From contig CAZKSY010000007.1 of the NCBI GenBank assembly GCA_964555605.1, positions 16,538 to 80,537 of the forward strand: a stretch of DNA of 64,000 nt, given 5' to 3'. Position 1 is the first letter of the stretch, and the number at the start of each line of letters is the position of its first letter. Under the pieces are notes generated by a model, which did not search any database, had not been told where the DNA came from, and worked only from the letters and a program-made list of their open reading frames with translations. The stretch comes from an uncultured Chitinophagaceae bacterium (lineage in GTDB: Bacteria; Bacteroidota; Bacteroidia; Chitinophagales; Chitinophagaceae). Below, piece after piece: positions 58,616 to 64,000 of this stretch. The translations under genes were made by a program, and so were the position numbers.

Positions 58616-59044
58616 TTATACCCGATGGTGGTCGGAACGCCACTTTATTATGGCCTTCTTAATGTCTTTACTACGCATCTGTTTTTCCGTGGCTTTCTGC
58701 GCCAATTCCACAAATTCTTCGTCCGAGGCAAATCGCAGGGCAATGATCTGGCTGGTGCGGAGATGCTTATCGAGGAGTTTCCCGGTTAGCGCAAAATGAC
58801 GGAGGTTTTCCTCTGCCCGAATGGCCCGGTCCTGCGCCCGGAGCGCAAACCAGCGGATATACCAAAAGAATATAGCCAATATGACTCCTACAACTATTAT
58901 CAGAGAGGCAGAATACCTGTTTTCCGGAGTTGAATGAACAAGATTTACAATTCCTCCAATGATTACAGCCAGAATAAGCACTGAAGTAATGTAATGCCAA
59001 AGCGGAACCATTCGGGTATGATTGCTGAAATTTTGTCTCGACAT
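58616..59044 (-). CDS. Two-TM hypothetical protein (DUF6526-like)
   Basis: 142 aa. The N-terminus MSRQNFSNHTRMVPLWHY and two TM helices are present. The family assignment is from memory. Confidence 0.5.
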   Translation of the reverse strand: MSRQNFSNHTRMVPLWHYITSVLILAVIIGGIVNLVHSTPENRYSASLIIVVGVILAIFFWYIRWFALRAQDRAIRAEENLRHFALTGKLLDKHLRTSQIIALRFASDEEFVELAQKATEKQMRSKDIKKAIIKWRSDHHRV

Positions 59045-59226
59045 AACAAGCGTTTAACTGAAGATACTAAAATATCACTACCGCGCGTACCTGAAGAAGA
59101 AATTCTGCTTAAAATCAATCCGTCTCTAAAATGTACTAAAAAAGCCGGAATTTGAACCTAACGAGGATCAGGCCTGTTACAGCATCATTGGATTACATTT
59201 GTAATTCCTATAGAAAGTTAGCAAAT

Positions 59227-60486
59227 ATGAAAAAGGGAACCGTGCTGGCCAGTATAATAACCATTGGAGATGAACTTCTCATTGGGCAAACCATCGATAC
59301 CAATAGTGCCTGGATGGCACAGGAATTAAATAAAATCGGTATCTGGGTACACCGTCGAATTGCAATAGGTGATGTTTGGAAAGATATCTGGCAAACCCTT
59401 GACGAGGAGAGCAAATTGAGTGAGATTCTGCTGATTACAGGTGGATTAGGTCCTACGGCTGATGATATAACCAAGCCCCTATTATGTCAATATTTTGGCG
59501 GAAAGCTGGTCGTTGATCCCGGAGCTCTTGCCAATGTAAAAAACATATTTGAAAATATCCTGAAACGTCCGCTTATCGAACGAAACCTGAAGCAGGCCGA
59601 GGTTCCGGATGTTTGTACTGTAATCCAGAATAAAAGAGGAACCGCCCCGGGAATGTGGTTTGAAAAGGAAGGGCGTATCTATATTTCCATGCCGGGTGTA
59701 CCCCATGAAATGAAGGGGATGATGCGTCAATATGTTTTACCTGCCTTTCAGGAAAAATTTCAACTCATGCCAATCGTTCACCGCACCCTGTTAACAGCAG
59801 GCATAGGAGAATCTTTTCTGGCAGATCGTATACAAGAGTTCGAAAAAAGCCTTCCCTCCAATATCAAACTGGCCTACCTGCCTAATTACGGCATGGTAAA
59901 ACTTCGCTTAACCGCCGCAGGTAATGATGCCCGTACCATTGCAGAATTAGAAGCGCTGTTCGATATGTTAAAGCAACAATTACAGGATGTATTGGTAATT
60001 GATGAGGATATCCCGTTGCAGGAAGTGATTGGCCGTTTGCTACGGGAGCGCGGAAAAACAATGGGTACTGCTGAAAGTTGTACCGGTGGATATATTGCCC
60101 ACCTCATCACCTCCATTCCGGGTTCAAGCGACTATTTTAAAGGGGCGGTGATCAGTTATTCCAATGATATAAAAGAAAGTATGTTGCAGGTTCCTGAAAA
60201 GGTACTGAAGGATCATGGTGCTGTTAGTGAACAAACAGTTATCGAAATGGTGAAAGGGGCCCTGCATAGCCTGAAAACCGATTTCGCCCTGGCTTGTTCC
60301 GGTATTATGGGGCCGGGGGGTGGCAGTCCGGAAAAACCCGTCGGGACGGTATGGATCGCCGTGGGCAACAAAGAAAAGGTACGTACCCATCATTTCCATT
60401 TCCGGTTCGACCGGCAGCGGAATATTGAACTGACCGCCAACAATGGGCTTAATTTATTGCGGAAATTCATAGTGGAAAACAGTTGA
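59227..60486 (+). CDS. cinA: CinA-family protein (MoCF-like domain plus nicotinamide-nucleotide amidohydrolase PncC domain)
   Basis: Start MKKGTVLASIITIGDELLIGQTIDTNS, with the C-domain motif GTAESCTGG. Confidence 0.9.
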   Translation: MKKGTVLASIITIGDELLIGQTIDTNSAWMAQELNKIGIWVHRRIAIGDVWKDIWQTLDEESKLSEILLITGGLGPTADDITKPLLCQYFGGKLVVDPGALANVKNIFENILKRPLIERNLKQAEVPDVCTVIQNKRGTAPGMWFEKEGRIYISMPGVPHEMKGMMRQYVLPAFQEKFQLMPIVHRTLLTAGIGESFLADRIQEFEKSLPSNIKLAYLPNYGMVKLRLTAAGNDARTIAELEALFDMLKQQLQDVLVIDEDIPLQEVIGRLLRERGKTMGTAESCTGGYIAHLITSIPGSSDYFKGAVISYSNDIKESMLQVPEKVLKDHGAVSEQTVIEMVKGALHSLKTDFALACSGIMGPGGGSPEKPVGTVWIAVGNKEKVRTHHFHFRFDRQRNIELTANNGLNLLRKFIVENS

Positions 60487-60638
60487 CTTGGCAATTAAGC
60501 CAAATCATTACCTTTGACCCGTTCAATTTGCTTGCTGTTCCAGTTCCCAGTTTCAGAGGGAAATGGTTCCCTCCCGTTGTTTGCCAGAATCGGTTCAGCC
60601 GGCACGTATTATTTTAAAAACAAAATCTCCGGACGCAT

Positions 60639-61970
60639 ATGGCAGTTGTAGATCTGATCATGCCAAAGATGGGTGAAAGCATAATGGAAGCGACGATTCT
60701 AAAGTGGCTCAAACAGCCAGGGGAAGCCGTGCAAATGGATGAACCAATACTCGAAATCGCTACCGATAAAGTAGATAGTGAAGTTCCCTCCACCACTGCA
60801 GGCATTATTGAATCTGTTTTGTTCAACGTGAATGATGTGGTGCCTATTGGTACTGTAATTGCCAAAATTCGTACCGGGGCTGCTGAAACAGTCATTCCAG
60901 CAGCGCCTGTACCCGCTCCTGCTCCTGTGGCTGCGCCCGCAACACCGGCACCAGTGATCAATCAACCTGTTGCAGCACCTGTAATGAGCTCCAACGGCCA
61001 CAGTGCCCGTTTTTATTCCCCACTGGTATTGAATATTGCTGCCAACGAGGGCATCAGCATGTCTGAACTGGAAACTATTTCCGGATCCGGCAATGAGGGA
61101 CGGGTTACTAAAAAGGATATACTCGAATATGTAAGCAATAAAAATGGGGGTCGAACTGTGAATTACACCCAACCGGCCACTGTTGCTACAGTTGCAGCCC
61201 CTCCTCCCCCTGTGGCGAAACAATCCGCTCCGGAAACGGCAGCGCCGGTAAGTTATTCCGGTAATGTGGAGATCATTGAAATGGATCGTATGCGCAAGCT
61301 TATTGCCAAGCATATGGTGGATAGCAAGCATACCAGTCCGCATGTAACCAGCTTTACAGAAGCCGATGTGACCAATCTGGTATTGTGGAGAGAAAAAGTG
61401 AAGAAGGATTTTGAAAAAAGAGAAAATGAAAAGATCACTTTCACGCCCCTGTTCATTGAGGCCGTGGTGAAGTGCATTAAGAAATATCCCATCCTGAGCA
61501 GCAGCATCGATGGCGATCGTATCATTATCAAGAAAGATATCAACATTGGAATGGCAACTGCCTTACCCAGTGGAAATCTTATTGTGCCGGTAATCAAAAA
61601 TGCCGATCAGTTGAATCTGGTAGGTCTCACCCGGCAGGTAAACCAATTAGCCAATGCCGCCCGTAATAATAAATTAAAACCTGACGATACCACAGGTGGT
61701 AGCTTTACGCTCACCAATGTAGGCACGTTTGGAAGTTTGATGGGAACACCGATCATCAACCAGCCTCAGGTGGCGATACTGGCTGTTGGTGCCATCAAGA
61801 AGCGTCCTGTAGTCGTGGAAACCGAACAGGGTGATTCTATCGCCATCCGACACATGATGTACCTGAGCATGAGTTATGATCACCGGATCATCGACGGATC
61901 CATTGGTGCCAGCTTCCTGACGGCCGTTGCAAAAGAACTGGAGAATTTCAACCCTGAAAGAGAATGGTGA
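60639..61970 (+). CDS. 2-oxoacid dehydrogenase E2 (dihydrolipoyl acyltransferase)
   Basis: Lipoyl site IATDKVDSEV, a Pro/Ala linker, a peripheral subunit-binding domain and the catalytic motif SYDHRIIDG. No E1 gene is adjacent. Confidence 0.9.
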   Translation: MAVVDLIMPKMGESIMEATILKWLKQPGEAVQMDEPILEIATDKVDSEVPSTTAGIIESVLFNVNDVVPIGTVIAKIRTGAAETVIPAAPVPAPAPVAAPATPAPVINQPVAAPVMSSNGHSARFYSPLVLNIAANEGISMSELETISGSGNEGRVTKKDILEYVSNKNGGRTVNYTQPATVATVAAPPPPVAKQSAPETAAPVSYSGNVEIIEMDRMRKLIAKHMVDSKHTSPHVTSFTEADVTNLVLWREKVKKDFEKRENEKITFTPLFIEAVVKCIKKYPILSSSIDGDRIIIKKDINIGMATALPSGNLIVPVIKNADQLNLVGLTRQVNQLANAARNNKLKPDDTTGGSFTLTNVGTFGSLMGTPIINQPQVAILAVGAIKKRPVVVETEQGDSIAIRHMMYLSMSYDHRIIDGSIGASFLTAVAKELENFNPEREW

Positions 61971-61980
61971 TTTAGCTTTT

Positions 61981-62049
61981 AATGATCAATTATTAATTAT
62001 CAATGATTTTACTTAAAGACAGATAATTGATAATTAATAATTGATCATT
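61981..62049. repeat. Perfect 24-bp AT-rich inverted repeat (hairpin) downstream of the E2 gene
   Basis: AATGATCAATTATTAATTATCAAT (61981-62004) is the exact reverse complement of 62026-62049. The loop is 21 nt. Confidence 0.95.
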
Positions 62050-62052
62050 ACC

Positions 62053-62104
62053 CTCTCATCTCTCATCTCTCACCTCTCACCTCTCACCTCTCACCTCTCA
62101 CCTC
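62053..62104. repeat. Tandem heptamer repeat (CTCTCAT)x2 (CTCTCAC)x5
   Basis: Seven head-to-tail 7-nt units. The last units encode the C-terminus and TGA stop of the minus-strand phosphatase gene. Confidence 0.95.
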
Positions 62105-62591
62105 CCCCATACCTCATCCCCTTAAACCGCACTTTCTTCCTTCCTATCTTCAGCAGGTAAAGATTATCGTATTCCGTATCCTGAAGATCACCCGGGATTA
62201 TTTTCCTGCCGGCCAATCCGTTAACAATATCATCAATGGTATTACTATGCCCTACGATCAGCGTATTCCTTTTCGATTCCTTTACCCGTTTATAAAATAC
62301 CGAATCCGGCTTGGGTCCGTATATCTTCGTATCTAATTTAAAATACTCTTTTACGTGGCGGGCTGTTGTAGTGGTGCGAATAGTTTGTGTACTGTAAATC
62401 TCCTGTATCTTTTGATCTCTTAATACATCCAGCAAGGCTTTAGCCCTCTTTTCACCCATTTCAGAGAGAGGCACATCACTGCTCATATTTTTTTCCTGGG
62501 TGGCTTTTTCTGCATGCCGCACCACGTACACTTTCTGGGTGCATGATGCGGTAATCAGGAGGATTAACAGGAAGAGGAGTGGTGCGTGCAT
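62091..62591 (-). CDS. Histidine phosphatase (SixA/PGAM-like) family protein, secreted
   Basis: 166 aa with a signal/lipobox-like LITASC, VVRHAEK (RHG-type motif) and VGHSNT. The last 5 codons (GGGER) lie in the heptamer repeat. Confidence 0.7.
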   Translation of the reverse strand: MHAPLLFLLILLITASCTQKVYVVRHAEKATQEKNMSSDVPLSEMGEKRAKALLDVLRDQKIQEIYSTQTIRTTTTARHVKEYFKLDTKIYGPKPDSVFYKRVKESKRNTLIVGHSNTIDDIVNGLAGRKIIPGDLQDTEYDNLYLLKIGRKKVRFKGMRYGGGER

Positions 62592-62626
62592 CGGGGAGTG
62601 TTTTTAATTGAGAGGGATGAGAATCT

Positions 62627-62731
62627 GTAGTAGTAAGTTATGAGTTTTAAGCAATAAGCTATAAGTAATAAGTTGTAAGTTTTGAGTGCTGCCTCTTACA
62701 ACTTATTACTTACTACTTTAAACTTAACATC
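62627..62731. repeat. Heptamer-lattice element (TAAGnnn units) containing an 18-bp perfect hairpin
   Basis: Fifteen consecutive 7-nt units; the 14 from 62634 on each begin with T (taagtta tgagttt taagcaa taagcta taagtaa taagttg taagttt ...). TAAGTAATAAGTTGTAAG (62662-62679) pairs perfectly with 62695-62712. Confidence 0.9.
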
Positions 62732-64000
62732 AATATAATCCCCAATCAATCCCCTTATTCACCGCCGGAACGCCCTCTGTCATCCATCTGGGGGCTGGAG
62801 CTCCTTTCAGGTAATGATCGAAGAATTGTCCGAGGCGAACGGAAAGATCTTTACGATTGCGGCGTTCTACCAGGTTATGATCCTCGTCGTTATACTGCAA
62901 CATCCAAACTTTTTTATTCAACCGACGCAGGGCGGTGAAGTACTCAATTCCCTGATACCAGGGAACGGCTCCATCTTTATCGTTATGCATGATCAGTAAG
63001 GGAGTACTGACTTTATCGGCACTGAACAAAGGTGAATTCTTCAAATACAGATCGCGGCGCTCCCACAATGTGGCACCGATCCTTGTTTGGGAATGTTCAT
63101 ACTGAAACTGACGGTTCAGGCCCGATCCCCAACGGATACCGCCATACGCACTTGTCATATTGGCTACCGGAGCCCCCGCTCCTGCTGCGGCGAACATTTT
63201 CGTACGGGTAACCAGATAGGCTACCTGATAACCGCCCCAGCTCTGTCCCTGAATAGCCATGCGGGTACTGTCTACATAAGGTAGCCTGGCCAGATGTTTG
63301 GCCGCAGACACTACGGAATTATAAGCACTCTCTCCCGGCTCCCCATTTTTATAATAAATATTCGGGTCGAATACCAGATAACCATTGCTTACAAAATAAG
63401 GAATGTTCACTGTTGAGGCACTGGGTGCCGGTGCACGATAGTTGTACAATCCATCGGCATCTCTTTCATAGAAATAGAAGATCACCGGATACTTTTTCTT
63501 TGGATCAAAATTTTCTGGTTTGAAAAGCAGGCCTTCCGATTCCTTGCCATCAAACATTTTCCATTTTACCAAATCCACGGTCAGCCAGTTATATCCATCC
63601 TGCTGTGCAGCGATATTGGTCAACTGTTTGAAGTTCCTGAGGTCGGTGGTATGAAACAGTTCCGATTCCCGGATCGTTGCTTTTTGAACCAGGAAGGCTT
63701 CTGCGTTCTTTGCTTTTAAAATACCTGCAAACGAATTGGGCAGCAGGGTAATTTTTTCCAGCTTTCCTGTACTTAAAGGAAGTTTATAAATGCCGGATTG
63801 TTTGGAAACCTGATCAAATGCACGCAGCAGCATGGTTTGATCATTCTTCACAAAACGCTCTTCTGCATCGGTACGGATATATCTAAGCTCCTGCTTAGTG
63901 GTGCGCCCTGCTCCTGCCGTCAGATTAACCGGTGCCTGTTTGCCTGTTGGATCGAGTTTCCAGATATCATATCGGTCATAGATCAACACATAGGCATCAT
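62730..64000 (-). CDS. S9 prolyl oligopeptidase-family serine peptidase, C-terminal part; gene continues past the right edge
   Basis: Nucleophile motif QGQSWGGYQ and C-terminal HNDKDGAVP...DEDHNL (Asp/His of the triad). The frame stays open to position 64000. Confidence 0.85.
   Translation of the reverse strand, partial: DAYVLIYDRYDIWKLDPTGKQAPVNLTAGAGRTTKQELRYIRTDAEERFVKNDQTMLLRAFDQVSKQSGIYKLPLSTGKLEKITLLPNSFAGILKAKNAEAFLVQKATIRESELFHTTDLRNFKQLTNIAAQQDGYNWLTVDLVKWKMFDGKESEGLLFKPENFDPKKKYPVIFYFYERDADGLYNYRAPAPSASTVNIPYFVSNGYLVFDPNIYYKNGEPGESAYNSVVSAAKHLARLPYVDSTRMAIQGQSWGGYQVAYLVTRTKMFAAAGAGAPVANMTSAYGGIRWGSGLNRQFQYEHSQTRIGATLWERRDLYLKNSPLFSADKVSTPLLIMHNDKDGAVPWYQGIEYFTALRRLNKKVWMLQYNDEDHNLVERRNRKDLSVRLGQFFDHYLKGAPAPRWMTEGVPAVNKGIDWGLY

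Noticed and set aside
62053-62104. Heptamer repeats as a CRISPR array or minisatellite-encoded protein repeat
   Set aside because: The units are 7 nt, contiguous and without spacers, and no cas genes are present. Only the last ~15 nt are coding.

Overview
The window looks like a gene-dense, mostly housekeeping chromosomal segment of a Bacteroidota genome, with a Chitinophagaceae/Sphingobacteriia-like flavour. Support for this placement: a short 285-aa RpoD-type sigma A, TAnnTTTG-type -7 boxes, no Shine-Dalgarno sequences, a T9SS C-terminal sorting domain, and DUF4249/DUF3822/LVIVD families. I call 59 CDS, 46 on the minus strand, many with 0-30 nt gaps or overlapping stop/start codons. Recognisable core genes are rnr, lpxK, rsmD, folB, trxB, rpoD, a purM-like gene, ribF, smc, queD, queG, clpB, cinA, a 2-oxoacid dehydrogenase E2, xylA/xylB and galT. 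I saw no rRNA, tRNA, CRISPR array, transposase, integrase or obvious defence cassette, so I cannot point to a clear-cut novel system. The features the gene calls leave least explained are listed here. (1) A low-coding-density islet at 22.9-25.3 kb ends in a ~0.55-0.8 kb ORF-poor stretch that has its own -7 box and a strong intrinsic terminator; it is a candidate structured RNA or terminator-controlled leader. (2) Intergenic elements built on a strict 7-nt lattice, most folding into long hairpins, lie at 17.7, 23.05, 62.0 and 62.65 kb. (3) A tightly coupled Smr / TPR-AAA+ / TPR-membrane gene trio lies at 1.5-5.1 kb. (4) A six-gene sugar operon joins xylAB to a GalT-type transferase, a plant-arabinokinase-like GHMP kinase and two exported hydrolases. 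All functional calls rest on motifs read by eye from the ORF translations. No database search was run.
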